DNA from: Terriglobia bacterium
GTDB lineage: Bacteria > Acidobacteriota > Terriglobia > 20CM-2-55-15
Length of the DNA stretch: 64,000 nucleotides
Direction of reading: 5' to 3'
NCBI GenBank assembly: GCA_965198225.1
Contig: CBDAOY010000007.1
Coordinates: 960,001 to 1,024,000 of the forward strand
Below, piece after piece: positions 52,345 to 62,444 of the stretch. The notes under the pieces were generated by a model that had not been told where the DNA came from, ran no database searches, and was given only the letters and a program-made list of their open reading frames with translations. Every line of letters begins with the position of its first letter. Position 1 is the stretch's first letter. Made by a program: the position numbers and the translations under genes.

Positions 52345-52389
52345 GTCGTAGGCCGTAGGCAGTTGTGCGCGGGGGTCCGTTCAGCTTAA

Positions 52390-52456
52390 CGGTCCGCGAG
52401 AGAGCCATCGTGAGGGGACAGGGCTAGCCCTGTCCCAGGGTGTTCGCTGAGCAGAA
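52390..52456 (-). repeat. Dispersed GGGGACAGGG hairpin repeat
   Basis: GGGACAGGGCTAGCCCTGTCCC palindrome with flanks homologous to the 62.2-62.4 kb copies. Confidence 0.7.
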
Positions 52457-52538
52457 AAGTCGGCAAACGACGGAACGCTCTCACGGACAGTTCCGTTATA
52501 CTGTGATGATAGGCGCCATCTAGAACGGGGAGAAGATC

Positions 52539-53099
52539 ATGAGTGGTAATCAGGTTGAGGTCACGCGCGATTGTGAGGTAGTCGAAATTCCCGGCGGACA
52601 GACGCACCACTTGACGAAGGGAACCGCCGTCGCCATCACGCAGGCGCTCGGCGGATCCTACACGTTGATGGTGCCTTCACACGGGGGCCTGTTCCGACTG
52701 GCAGGGCGCGATGCCGACGCGATCGGCAAGGATCCGACTGAAGAGTCGACCGAAAGCGGCGCCGCGGCAGAACCTCTGGATTCCGAGCAGCTCGAAACGG
52801 AAATCTGGGCGCAGCTCAAAACGTGTTTCGACCCCGAAATCCCGGTCAACATCGTCGACCTCGGGCTGATCTACGGCATGACAGTGTCTCCTCTCGAAGA
52901 TGGAGGAAACCACGTTGCGGTTCAGATGACGCTCACGGCTCAAGGTTGTGGGATGGGTGATTCGATTGCCGCCGACGCCCAGCACAAAATCCGACGCATC
53001 CCCCAGGTTGCCACCGCGGACGTGCAGGTGGTATGGGATCCTCCCTGGACGCCCGATAAGATGTCCTCTGAAGGCAAGGCGATGCTCGGGATCGGCTAG
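52539..53099 (+). CDS. sufT: Fe-S cluster assembly protein SufT (DUF59)
   Basis: ITQALGGSYT, DPEIPVNIVDLGLIY, MTLTAQGCGMG and WDPPW. Confidence 0.92.
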   Translation: MSGNQVEVTRDCEVVEIPGGQTHHLTKGTAVAITQALGGSYTLMVPSHGGLFRLAGRDADAIGKDPTEESTESGAAAEPLDSEQLETEIWAQLKTCFDPEIPVNIVDLGLIYGMTVSPLEDGGNHVAVQMTLTAQGCGMGDSIAADAQHKIRRIPQVATADVQVVWDPPWTPDKMSSEGKAMLGIG

Positions 53100-53345
53100 C
53101 CAGGCCAGCTTCCAACCCAAGAAGGGGGCGGGCGTGACGCGCCCGCTTCTCCATCAAAGTTTTTGGGATCTTTCGGCAACATAGCGGTCTAATTGCAAAC
53201 CGCGATATTGACTAATCCGCATTGCATGTTGTTCATTGGAGATTGCTTCACTTCAAATTTTCGGGAACAAATCTCCCGGGAGTTACCGGCCTTAGCGCTG
53301 ATCCCGGAACTCCAAGTTTTTCGCTTCACTGGTACAGGCCACTAG

Positions 53346-55418
53346 ATGACTCGACGAGAGCACGTTGACCTGAACTATCCCGAGTCGAGACGTGTCGATC
53401 AGGTCGACGACTATCACGGGCACCCCGTGGCCGATCCCTACCGGTGGCTCGAAGACATGGATTCGGATGAAACACGCAGCTGGATCGCGGCGCAGAACGA
53501 AATCACCGAACAGTTTCTTGATCGGGTGCCCGGAAGGAGCGAGATCCTCCAACGCGTGACGGAGCTGTGGAACTTCGAGCGATTCGGGGTTCCGATCAGA
53601 GAGGGAGGACGCTACTTCTACTTCCGTAACAGCGGCCTGGAGAATCAGGCCGTCCTGTACACGATGGAACAACTGGATGGCGAACCGCGCGTCCTTTTGG
53701 ATCCGAACACGATGTCGGTGGATGGCACGCTCGCACTTGTGGCATACGCGCCCAGCCGTGATGGAAGGTTCCTGGCCTACAGCGTGTCCACCAGCGGGTC
53801 CGACTGGCAGCATATACTCGTCCGCGACGTGGCCGGCGGAGCCGATCTTGAGGACCGTCTCGATTGGGTCAAATTCTCGGACATTTCATGGACCGCGGAC
53901 CACGAAGGCTTCTTCTACAGTTGCTACGACGCCCCTTCCGGCGACGAATTCGCCGGCGAAAATTATTTCCAGAAGCTCTACTATCACCAGCTTGGAACTT
54001 CCCAGTCCGCAGATCGTCTCGTTTACGACAATCCCGACGAGCAGGAGTGGGGGTTCCTGGGTCACGTGACCGAGGACGGCCGTTACCTGGTCATTCACAT
54101 CCGCAAAGGCTCGGGACCCAAACACTGCGTCTATTTCAAAGATCTCGACGAATCCGACGCCATGGACGATTGCGGGATCGTCAAACTGATGGACGGATTC
54201 GATGCGCGCTATGAGTTTGTCGGCAACGCTCGAGACGAGTTCTGGTTCCTTACCGATCGTGACGCTCCCCGTGCGCGGCTCGTGGGGGTCGACCTGGGAC
54301 GAAGCGATCCGTCCCAGTGGCGGGAGATCATCCCGGAGGGTGATGCCACGCTCGAGGCGGTCGTCGCGGCCGGCGAAGGCTTCGTCGCCCGCTTTCTCGA
54401 ACACGCTCGCAGTCGAGTGGAGCTGTACGGTAGGGACGGCGGGCATGTCCGGGAGTTGGAACTCCCCGGCATCGGGTCCGTAGTGGGTTTCTTCGGTAAA
54501 GCCGGCGGCACCGAAGCGTTCTACGCGTTTACGGATTTCACCAGTGCGCCAACCATTTACCGGTACGATGTCGCGACGGGTAAGAACGAGGTTTTCCGGA
54601 GTCCTCAGATCGACGTCGTGGGGAGCCGGTTCGAAACCCGACAGGTCTTCTACCAGAGCAGCGACGGAACGACGGTTCCGATGTTTCTCGTCCACCGGAC
54701 CGACCTGGAGCTGGACGGGAACAACCCGACCCTGCTCTACGGTTACGGCGGCTTCAACATATCGATGACCCCGGCGTTCTCCGTGCGCAACCTTGCCTGG
54801 CTCGAGATGGGCGGGGTTTATGCGGTCGCAAACATCCGGGGTGGCGGCGAATACGGTGAGGAGTGGCACCAGGCCGGAATCCGCCGCAACAAGCAGAACG
54901 GGATCGATGATTTCATCGCCGCGGCCGAATGGCTGACATCGAACCGCTACACGAGCCCCAACCGCCTCGCGATCCACGGTGGGAGCAACGGCGGAATGCT
55001 CGTCGGGGCGTGCATGACGCAGCGACCCGACCTTTTCGCGGCTGTCGTGTCGGCGGTCGGTGTGATGGACCTGCTGCGTTTCGACAAGTTCACGATCGGA
55101 TGGGCATGGCGCTCTGATTACGGGTCGCCGGACGATCCGGACGACTTCAACATCCTCCGTGCCTGTTCGCCGTACCACAATCTACGAGAAGGAACAGAAT
55201 ACCCGGCGACGATGATCACCACCGGCGACCACGACGACCGTGTCGTCCCCTGTCACAGTTTCAAGTTCGCGGCAGCACTGCAGTCGGCGCAAGCCGCCAG
55301 GAGCGCTGCGGTGATACGGATCGGGGTCTCCGCGGGCCACGGCATGGGTAAGCCGACTTCGATGCAGATCGAGGAGGCCGCCGACGTCCTGACCTTCCTC
55401 AAGCACTCGGTCATGTGA
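53346..55418 (+). CDS. Prolyl oligopeptidase (S9A)
   Basis: ADPYRWLED, YGYGGF, GGSNGG, DHDDRV and GHG catalytic motifs. Confidence 0.96.
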   Translation: MTRREHVDLNYPESRRVDQVDDYHGHPVADPYRWLEDMDSDETRSWIAAQNEITEQFLDRVPGRSEILQRVTELWNFERFGVPIREGGRYFYFRNSGLENQAVLYTMEQLDGEPRVLLDPNTMSVDGTLALVAYAPSRDGRFLAYSVSTSGSDWQHILVRDVAGGADLEDRLDWVKFSDISWTADHEGFFYSCYDAPSGDEFAGENYFQKLYYHQLGTSQSADRLVYDNPDEQEWGFLGHVTEDGRYLVIHIRKGSGPKHCVYFKDLDESDAMDDCGIVKLMDGFDARYEFVGNARDEFWFLTDRDAPRARLVGVDLGRSDPSQWREIIPEGDATLEAVVAAGEGFVARFLEHARSRVELYGRDGGHVRELELPGIGSVVGFFGKAGGTEAFYAFTDFTSAPTIYRYDVATGKNEVFRSPQIDVVGSRFETRQVFYQSSDGTTVPMFLVHRTDLELDGNNPTLLYGYGGFNISMTPAFSVRNLAWLEMGGVYAVANIRGGGEYGEEWHQAGIRRNKQNGIDDFIAAAEWLTSNRYTSPNRLAIHGGSNGGMLVGACMTQRPDLFAAVVSAVGVMDLLRFDKFTIGWAWRSDYGSPDDPDDFNILRACSPYHNLREGTEYPATMITTGDHDDRVVPCHSFKFAAALQSAQAARSAAVIRIGVSAGHGMGKPTSMQIEEAADVLTFLKHSVM

Positions 55419-55425
55419 CGCTCAC

Positions 55426-55460
55426 GTAGTGGGTCAGCTTGAATTCAAACTGAACCACTA
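55426..55460. repeat. Palindromic GTAG-type REP-like element abutting the MITE
   Basis: GTAGTGGGTCAGCTTGAATTCAAACTGAACCACTA. Confidence 0.55.
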
Positions 55461-55461
55461 G

Positions 55462-55728
55462 TGACCTGTAACAGTGCTATCGGTACCAGCGTTCGGCGGA
55501 ACGGCGTCGGATTCTAGGAGTGACGCCCGAGCCAATGCTGTTTCATTGCGAGGGCGTTACGACACCGAAGACGGCGCCGTTCCGACGAACCCTTCGGGCC
55601 GATGGGGGTTGCGGGCGATCTCTTTGTCGGAAGCCGTCACCGATGAAAGAGCATCGCTTTCCGTCTCCCTCCTCGACCTCGCCCGCAAGACCCATCGGCG
55701 ATGGTGCCGATAGCACTGTTACAGGCCA
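55462..55728. mobile_element. 267-bp MITE with 27-bp TIRs and a CTAG target duplication
   Basis: TG(A/G)CCTGTAACAGTGCTATCGG(T/C)ACCA inverted at both ends; CTAG at 55458-55461 and 55729-55732. Confidence 0.88.
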
Positions 55729-55804
55729 CTAGCACGCTGCCGGCTGCCTTGATCGAAAGCGTGCTGCGTGATAGTTTTCATCCCGTACGTTACGGAGAAT
55801 TCCC

Positions 55805-57715
55805 ATGAAAAAGAACCGTCTTCCGGTGCGTTTGCTTACCGTTGCCGCAGCCACGCTGGCGGTGATCTCTTGCAGCGGCGTTTCAGCCGACAACGAGTTT
55901 TTCGGTCGCGTGACACCGCCTGAAGGACAGGTGATGCGCTACATTTCGGGATCCGAGCCGGAATCGCTGGATCCGCCGGTATCTTCCGGGCAGCCCGAGG
56001 CTCGCCTCTACATGGCGCTGTTCGAGGGGTTGACCGACTACAACCCGAAGACCGCCGGTCCGATCCCGGGTGTTGCGGAGAGCTGGGAAGCCAATGCGGA
56101 CAACTCCGAGTTTGTCTTCCACCTCCGTGAAGATGCCCGTTGGAGCAATGGCGAACCGGTCAGAGCCGGGGATTTCGTCTACTCCTGGCGTCGTGCGCTA
56201 TCGCCGGAGCTGGCGTCCAGAAATGCCTACCTCGCCTACGACATCAAGTACGCGCAGGCCTACAACGAGGGCGGCGTGTTCGTCCTCGATCCTGAGACCG
56301 GGGAATTTCTCCGCGCGGTGGAGACGGCCCAGGGACCGTCCGATTCGGAAGAGAACGATGAGTCCACCGGGGACACAGCCTTTCATGTCTTCATCCAGGG
56401 ACCCACCCGTCTGACGCTCCCCGGGGACGAGGAGAGTCGTCAGGCGATGTTCGACGAAGATACTGAACTGGCGGGCCGGATGGCTGGGAAGGAATTCGTT
56501 CCCGTCCAGGCCGAGAGCATCGGCATCGAAGCCGTCGACGACCATACCTTCCGCGCGACTCTGGCTCGACCGGCGCCGTACTTTGTCGGCCTCGTGGCGC
56601 ACCAGACCTTCATGCCGGTCCTCCAGTGGGTCGTCGAACAGTACGGTGAGGCCTGGACAAAGCCGGAAAACATCGTCACGAACGGCGCTTTCAAGCTGGA
56701 ATCCCGGAAGCCGTACAACGAGATCGTCATGGTTCGGGACCCGATGTACTGGGACGCGGACGCAGTGCGTCTCGACAAGCTCATCTTCTACCCGATGGAA
56801 GACGCAACGACGATGATGAATCTCTACAAGGCCGGAGAGGTCGATGCTGTCTTCAATCATGTCGTTCCGGTGGCCTGGCTGGATCTGATCCGCCCCCTCG
56901 CCGACTACATGGATGCGCCCGAGAACGCGGTCGGGTACTACATGTTCAACGTGACGCGACCTCCTATGGACGACATCCGGGTGCGAAAGGCCTTCAACGC
57001 GTCCATCGACAAAGAGGCCCTGGCCCAGTACCGCCGGGTGACCAAGCCGCTGACTGCCTTCAGCCCCGAGGGAATCTACCCGGGTTACCCCCAGCCGAAG
57101 GGAGACCCGTTCGATCGGGAGCGGGCACGGAAGTGGCTCGCCGAGGCGGGCTACGTCGATGCGGCGGGCAACTACGATCCTTCCACCTTTCCGATTGAAG
57201 AGGTCGAACTGACATACAACACTTCGGAAAGCAACCGGCAGGTGGCGGAGTTCATCCAGGCGCAATGGAAGCAGAACCTGGGCTTGACGGTTCCGCTCAA
57301 GAACATGGAATGGAAGACATTCCTGGTTGTACGGGCGGCGCTGGACTACAAGGGCATCGGGCGTGCCGGCTGGGTCGGCGACTACATGGATCCGTTTACT
57401 TTCCTCAATATCTTCTACACCGCCGGAGGGGACAACGGCACTGGCTGGTGGGACCCGGAATACGTGCGTTTGCTCGACGAGGCGAACACGACGCTGGATC
57501 CGGCGCGACGTTACGAACTGCTCGCTGAAGCCGAAGCATACATGCTCGCGGCACAGCCGATCATCCCGTTCGAGACCAACGCGACAAACTGGATGAAGAA
57601 GCCCTACGTGAAAGGTATGTATCCGAACCCGGGGACCCTCCATGCCTGGAAGTTCGTCTACATCGAACATGATCCGGCGAAATGGGACAGCGGCGTGCCG
57701 GATATGAGTCAGTAG
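55805..57715 (+). CDS. oppA: Oligopeptide ABC transporter substrate-binding lipoprotein
   Basis: Lipobox AVISC, EPESLDP, PGVAESW, WSNGEPV..DF.YSW, NGAFKL and WVGDYMDP. Confidence 0.93.
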   Translation: MKKNRLPVRLLTVAAATLAVISCSGVSADNEFFGRVTPPEGQVMRYISGSEPESLDPPVSSGQPEARLYMALFEGLTDYNPKTAGPIPGVAESWEANADNSEFVFHLREDARWSNGEPVRAGDFVYSWRRALSPELASRNAYLAYDIKYAQAYNEGGVFVLDPETGEFLRAVETAQGPSDSEENDESTGDTAFHVFIQGPTRLTLPGDEESRQAMFDEDTELAGRMAGKEFVPVQAESIGIEAVDDHTFRATLARPAPYFVGLVAHQTFMPVLQWVVEQYGEAWTKPENIVTNGAFKLESRKPYNEIVMVRDPMYWDADAVRLDKLIFYPMEDATTMMNLYKAGEVDAVFNHVVPVAWLDLIRPLADYMDAPENAVGYYMFNVTRPPMDDIRVRKAFNASIDKEALAQYRRVTKPLTAFSPEGIYPGYPQPKGDPFDRERARKWLAEAGYVDAAGNYDPSTFPIEEVELTYNTSESNRQVAEFIQAQWKQNLGLTVPLKNMEWKTFLVVRAALDYKGIGRAGWVGDYMDPFTFLNIFYTAGGDNGTGWWDPEYVRLLDEANTTLDPARRYELLAEAEAYMLAAQPIIPFETNATNWMKKPYVKGMYPNPGTLHAWKFVYIEHDPAKWDSGVPDMSQ

Positions 57716-57835
57716 CGTGAGGCCCAATGTCCAAAGTCCGAGGTTCAAAGTCCGAGGTCCAAAGTCCAAGGTCGAATGTCTGGAGATCAGTTAATGACGT
57801 CGGACAGTGGACTTCGGACCGTGGACTGATTCCCG

Positions 57836-58756
57836 ATGTTGCATTTCATAATCCGCCGACTGATGGTGACGCTGCCGATGGTCCTGGTTGTCGTGTCGCT
57901 GACCTGGGCTTTGATCCGGCTGGCTCCCGGCAACTTCTACACGGGCGAGAAGCCGATTCCCCCAGCGATCGAAGCAAACCTCCGCGCCAAGTACGGGCTC
58001 GACCAGCCTTGGTACGTCCAGTACGGGAAGATGATCAGCAACACGCTGAGGGGGGACTTCGGAAACTCGTTGCGATACCAGGGACAGTCGGTGAACGAGA
58101 TCCTGGCTGCCTCGCTGCCGGTGTCGGCGGGGATTGGCTTCGCGGCATACCTGCTGGCCCTTCTCATCGGCGTGCTCGTCGGCACGGTCTCGGCGGTCAA
58201 ACAGAATTCCAGCATGGACTACACGTCGATGGGCTTTGCCATGGTCGGCATCTCTGTGCCCAACTTCGTTCTCGGACCGATTCTGGTGCTGGCGTTCGCA
58301 CTGACGCTGTTCTGGCTGCCTCCGGCCCGGTGGGAAGGCTTTTTCAGTGTCCATACCATTCTGCCCGTGATCACGCTGTCCGCAGTCTACATGGCCTACA
58401 TCGCCCGGCTTGCGAGATCGGGAATGCTCGAGGTACTCCGATCCAACTACATCCGAACCGCGCGGGCCAAGGGTTTGGATGAGAAAACCGTCGTTGTGCG
58501 GCATGGCCTGAGGGGTGGACTGCTGCCCGTCGTTTCGTTCTCGGGTCCGGCTCTGGCCCTGCTCATATCGGGCACCGTAGTCGTCGAGCGCATTTTCGCG
58601 CTGCCGGGATTGGGAAACTATTTCATCAACGCCAACCTCAACCGCGATGAACCGTTGATCATCGGAATCGTCGCGTTTATGTCGATCTCGATCCTGATCT
58701 TCAATCTGCTGGTCGACATCGCGTATGGATTCCTGGACCCCAGGGTGAGGTATTGA
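57836..58756 (+). CDS. oppB: Oligopeptide ABC transporter permease
   Basis: YGLDQP, GDFGNS and EAA-loop YIRTARAKGL. Confidence 0.93.
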   Translation: MLHFIIRRLMVTLPMVLVVVSLTWALIRLAPGNFYTGEKPIPPAIEANLRAKYGLDQPWYVQYGKMISNTLRGDFGNSLRYQGQSVNEILAASLPVSAGIGFAAYLLALLIGVLVGTVSAVKQNSSMDYTSMGFAMVGISVPNFVLGPILVLAFALTLFWLPPARWEGFFSVHTILPVITLSAVYMAYIARLARSGMLEVLRSNYIRTARAKGLDEKTVVVRHGLRGGLLPVVSFSGPALALLISGTVVVERIFALPGLGNYFINANLNRDEPLIIGIVAFMSISILIFNLLVDIAYGFLDPRVRY

Positions 58757-58942
58757 AGAAGTTATGCGTAGGCCGTTATCCGTTGTCGGAAGAGGAGCTA
58801 CCAACTCACAACGACGTACCAACGGCCTACGGCCTACTGAACCGAGGAAGTTATGAGTAGTCAGCTGTCAGTAGTCAGTTTTGGGAAAGGGATGGCGTAC
58901 CGCCCAACGGCCTACGGACAACGGCTTACGACTTATTGACGA

Positions 58943-59881
58943 ATGTCCCAGGTTACCGAAACCGAAGTTGTGGCCGGAACGTCCTTGTGGCGCGACGCAT
59001 GGCGCCGCCTGCTTCGCAACAGGTTGGCCGTCATCGGCATGACTTTCGTCGCCTTGATCGTTCTCGCGTCGATCGTCGGCCCACCGATCATCGAGGCGAC
59101 AACCGGTTTCACGTACGACTACATACCGGCTGATTCCTCGCAGATTCGATCGTTCCCGCCATTCACGGCGCCTGACGGTTCCTTTTCCCTGACTCACCCG
59201 ATGGGAACCGACGAGGCGGGGCGGGACATCCTCGCGAGAGTTCTGTTGGGCGGGCGAATCTCTCTCATGGTCGGAAGCATTTCGACGATCGTGTCCCTGC
59301 TCATCGGTGTGACATACGGGGCGACGGCCGGTTACGTGGGCGGCCGGGTCGATGACGGGATGATGCGCATCGTCGACGTGCTCTACGCGATTCCATACAT
59401 GATGGTTGTGATCGTCCTGCTGGCTTTCTTCGGAGGTCAGTCGCCGCTGGGTCAGTTGTTTCTGTTGTTCTTCGCTCTCGGCGCCGTGTCGTGGCTGACG
59501 ATGGCCCGAATCGTGCGGGGACAGGTGATCTCGTTGAAGAACCAGGAATTCGTCCTCGCCGCGCGCGCCGGGGGCGTGTCGACTCCAAAGATCATCTTCA
59601 GGCATCTCGTTCCGAACACGCTCGGACCGGTCGTCGTCTACGCGACGTTAACGATCCCGTCCGTCATGCTGCTCGAGGCGTTCCTGTCTTTCCTGGGTCT
59701 CGGTGTCCAGGCTCCGCTCGCCTCGTGGGGGAGTCTCGCCGCGGACGGCATCCGAAACATCGCCGTCTTCCCGTGGCAGCTGATCTTTCCCGGAGTGACG
59801 ATGGCCGCGACGCTGTTCTCGTTGAACTTCATGGGTGACGGGCTCCGGGACGCCTTGGATCCGCAGATGCGAAAGATGTAA
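58943..59881 (+). CDS. oppC: Oligopeptide ABC transporter permease
   Basis: HPMGTDEAGRD, EFVLAARAGG, LSFLGLG and GDGLRDALDP. Confidence 0.93.
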   Translation: MSQVTETEVVAGTSLWRDAWRRLLRNRLAVIGMTFVALIVLASIVGPPIIEATTGFTYDYIPADSSQIRSFPPFTAPDGSFSLTHPMGTDEAGRDILARVLLGGRISLMVGSISTIVSLLIGVTYGATAGYVGGRVDDGMMRIVDVLYAIPYMMVVIVLLAFFGGQSPLGQLFLLFFALGAVSWLTMARIVRGQVISLKNQEFVLAARAGGVSTPKIIFRHLVPNTLGPVVVYATLTIPSVMLLEAFLSFLGLGVQAPLASWGSLAADGIRNIAVFPWQLIFPGVTMAATLFSLNFMGDGLRDALDPQMRKM

Positions 59882-60043
59882 GCACGGATTACACGGATGG
59901 ACTTACACATACAGGAGGAAGACAAGCCACGGATTGCACGGATTACACGGACAGGAAGAAGCCCGTGGTCTGCATTCCGAAAAGACTACTCCTAATCCGT
60001 TAAATCCGTGTAATCCGTGGCTTAGCAGTCTGAACATCAACGT

Positions 60044-61078
60044 ATGAACGAGGCTACGCTACTTTCGGTCCGATCACTAAGGACCTACTTCGAAACCGAG
60101 GACGGTACCGTCAGGGCGGTCGACGGTATCGATTTCGACCTCGCCTGCGGACGGACGCTCGGTATCGTCGGAGAATCCGGGTCCGGGAAGTCGGTCACCA
60201 ACCTTTCGATCATGCGCCTGATCCCGTCGCCACCAGGTCGCATCGCTTCGGGCGAGATCGACTTCGACGGCCGGGATCTCCTGTCCCTGTCTGAGGAGGA
60301 CATGCGCGGCGTTCGCGGCGATCGCATCGCGATGATCTTCCAGGACCCTATGACTTCGTTGAACCCGTTCATGCGGATCTCGGACCAGCTCATGGAAGTG
60401 ACCCGCCTCCACCTCGGGCACGGCAGGGCCGAGGCGCTCGAACACGCGGTCGGAATGTTGGAGCTGGTCGGTATTCCGGATGCGCGCGAACGCGCGGGGA
60501 ACTATCCACACGAGTTTTCCGGAGGAATGCGCCAACGCGTGATGATAGCGATGGCATTATCGTGCGAGCCGAAACTGCTCATCGCCGACGAGCCAACGAC
60601 GGCTCTGGACGTCACGATTCAGGCGCAGATTCTCGAACTGATCCGAAAACTGAAACGGGAGACAGGCACGAGCGTCATCCTGATCACCCACGACCTCGGC
60701 GTTGTAGCCGGTATGACCGACGACATCGTGGTCATGTACGCCGGCAAGGTCTTTGAACAGGCGCCGACACGCAGGCTGTTTGCCAATCCGGCCAATCCGT
60801 ACACCGAAGGGTTGTTGCGCTCGGTCCCTGGACCGTCGTCGAACGGCGGGGAGCTGTACCAGATTCCTGGTCTGCCTCCCGACCTCACGCGGCTCGGACC
60901 CGGCTGTCCGTTCGCGCCCCGATGCGACAGGGCGCAAGAGATCTGCAACAGCGAATTCCCGCCCTTCGTGGAACTCGGGCCCGACCATCACTCGCTGTGT
61001 CACTTCGCCGCCGAGGTTTACGCCGCGAACGGCGGGAGACAATATGACGCCGGCTCGCCGTCCGAAACCGGTGATTGA
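60044..61078 (+). CDS. oppD: Oligopeptide ABC transporter ATPase
   Basis: [16 protein letters not shown] and C-terminal GCPFAPRC. Confidence 0.93.
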   Translation: MNEATLLSVRSLRTYFETEDGTVRAVDGIDFDLACGRTLGIVGESGSGKSVTNLSIMRLIPSPPGRIASGEIDFDGRDLLSLSEEDMRGVRGDRIAMIFQDPMTSLNPFMRISDQLMEVTRLHLGHGRAEALEHAVGMLELVGIPDARERAGNYPHEFSGGMRQRVMIAMALSCEPKLLIADEPTTALDVTIQAQILELIRKLKRETGTSVILITHDLGVVAGMTDDIVVMYAGKVFEQAPTRRLFANPANPYTEGLLRSVPGPSSNGGELYQIPGLPPDLTRLGPGCPFAPRCDRAQEICNSEFPPFVELGPDHHSLCHFAAEVYAANGGRQYDAGSPSETGD

Positions 61079-61083
61079 GAGAC

Positions 61084-62166
61084 ATGGCTGAAAGCGCAAC
61101 AGGACCGGACGTGGCCCACAACGGAACGCTTCTCTCGATCCGGGATCTCAAGGTGCATTTCGATCTGGGCGGCGGAACCCTGTGGGATAGGGCCACAGGG
61201 GGGAGTCCGGTCCGGCGCGTCGTCAAGGCTGTCGACGGTGTGACCATCGACATCCGCGCCGGCGAGACCCTGGGCCTGGTCGGAGAATCCGGATGCGGCA
61301 AGTCCACCCTCGGGCGTGCGCTGCTACGTTTGGAAGAGCCGACTGCCGGCGCGGTCGTTTTTCGCGGAGTGGACCTCCGCGGCCTGGCGCCGGCCGCGAT
61401 GCGCGAGCAGCGGCGTCATCTGCAGATGATTTTCCAGGATCCGTACGCGTCCCTGAACCCGCGCATGACGGTCGGGCAGATCGTCTCGGAGCCGATCGAG
61501 ACCTTCGGACTGGCATCCGGCGCGGAAAAGGCCGGCCGGGTGAATGAGCTGATGGAAACGGTCGGGCTCAGCCAGAGGTTCGTCAAGCGGTACCCGCACG
61601 AGTTCTCCGGCGGACAGCAACAGCGCATCGGCATCGCGCGCGCACTGGCGGCCAATCCTGATTTCATTGTCGCCGACGAGCCCATATCGGCCCTGGACGT
61701 GTCGATCCAGGCGCAGATCATCAACTTGATCGAGCGGTTGCGCCGGGAACGAAACCTGACATACCTGTTCATCTCACACGATCTCCGCGCTATCCGGCAC
61801 ACTGCCGATCGCGTCGCGGTGATGTATCTGGGAAAGCTCGTCGAGCTGGGTGACGCCGAGACTCTCTACAACGACCCGCTCATGCCGTACACGAAGGCGC
61901 TGATCTCGGCGGTTCCCATTCCCGACCCCGAACGGGAGTTGGCGCGCGAGCGTGTCGTGCTGGAAGGTGACGTTCCGTCCCCCATCAACCCGCCCTCTGG
62001 CTGTCGCTTCCACACCCGCTGTCCTTATGCCATCCACGCTTGCAGGGAGAACGTGCCTGAGCTCGTCGAAATCAAGCCGGACCACATGGCCGCGTGCATC
62101 CGGATCAGTTCCGAGCAGCCCGACATCGACGGGGTTGCGCCTGATTCGGCCCCGGGACTTGGTTGA
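61084..62166 (+). CDS. oppF: Oligopeptide ABC transporter ATPase
   Basis: [16 protein letters not shown] and [11 protein letters not shown]. Confidence 0.93.
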   Translation: MAESATGPDVAHNGTLLSIRDLKVHFDLGGGTLWDRATGGSPVRRVVKAVDGVTIDIRAGETLGLVGESGCGKSTLGRALLRLEEPTAGAVVFRGVDLRGLAPAAMREQRRHLQMIFQDPYASLNPRMTVGQIVSEPIETFGLASGAEKAGRVNELMETVGLSQRFVKRYPHEFSGGQQQRIGIARALAANPDFIVADEPISALDVSIQAQIINLIERLRRERNLTYLFISHDLRAIRHTADRVAVMYLGKLVELGDAETLYNDPLMPYTKALISAVPIPDPERELARERVVLEGDVPSPINPPSGCRFHTRCPYAIHACRENVPELVEIKPDHMAACIRISSEQPDIDGVAPDSAPGLG

Positions 62167-62176
62167 GAAATTCCTG

Positions 62177-62444
62177 TCTGAAAAGTTTTGGGTAAGTAGA
62201 CACCCGAGGACAGGGCTATACCCCTGTCCCCCTCACATTGGCTCTTTCACGGACTTTTCGCGTAGCGACCGGAAAACCCTCTGTGCCTCCGCGCCTTTGC
62301 GGTGAGATCGCCGCTCTGAAGAGTTCTGCGTAAGCAGACACCCGGGGACAGGGCTATACCCCTGTCCCCCTCACATTGGCTCTCTCACGGACATCCCGCG
62401 TAACGACAGGAAAACCCTCCGTGCCTCCGCGCCTCCGTGGTTAG
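62177..62444. repeat. Tandem duplication (period 138 bp) of a GGGGACAGGG hairpin repeat plus an 8-mer array
   Basis: 62177-62306 aligns with 62315-62444. Confidence 0.85.

Noticed and set aside
53100-53300. Possible minus-strand sRNA or small ORF in the AT-rich sufT-peptidase spacer
   Set aside because: There is a GC hairpin near 53125-53150 but no clear promoter or U-tract, and only a 15-codon ORF.
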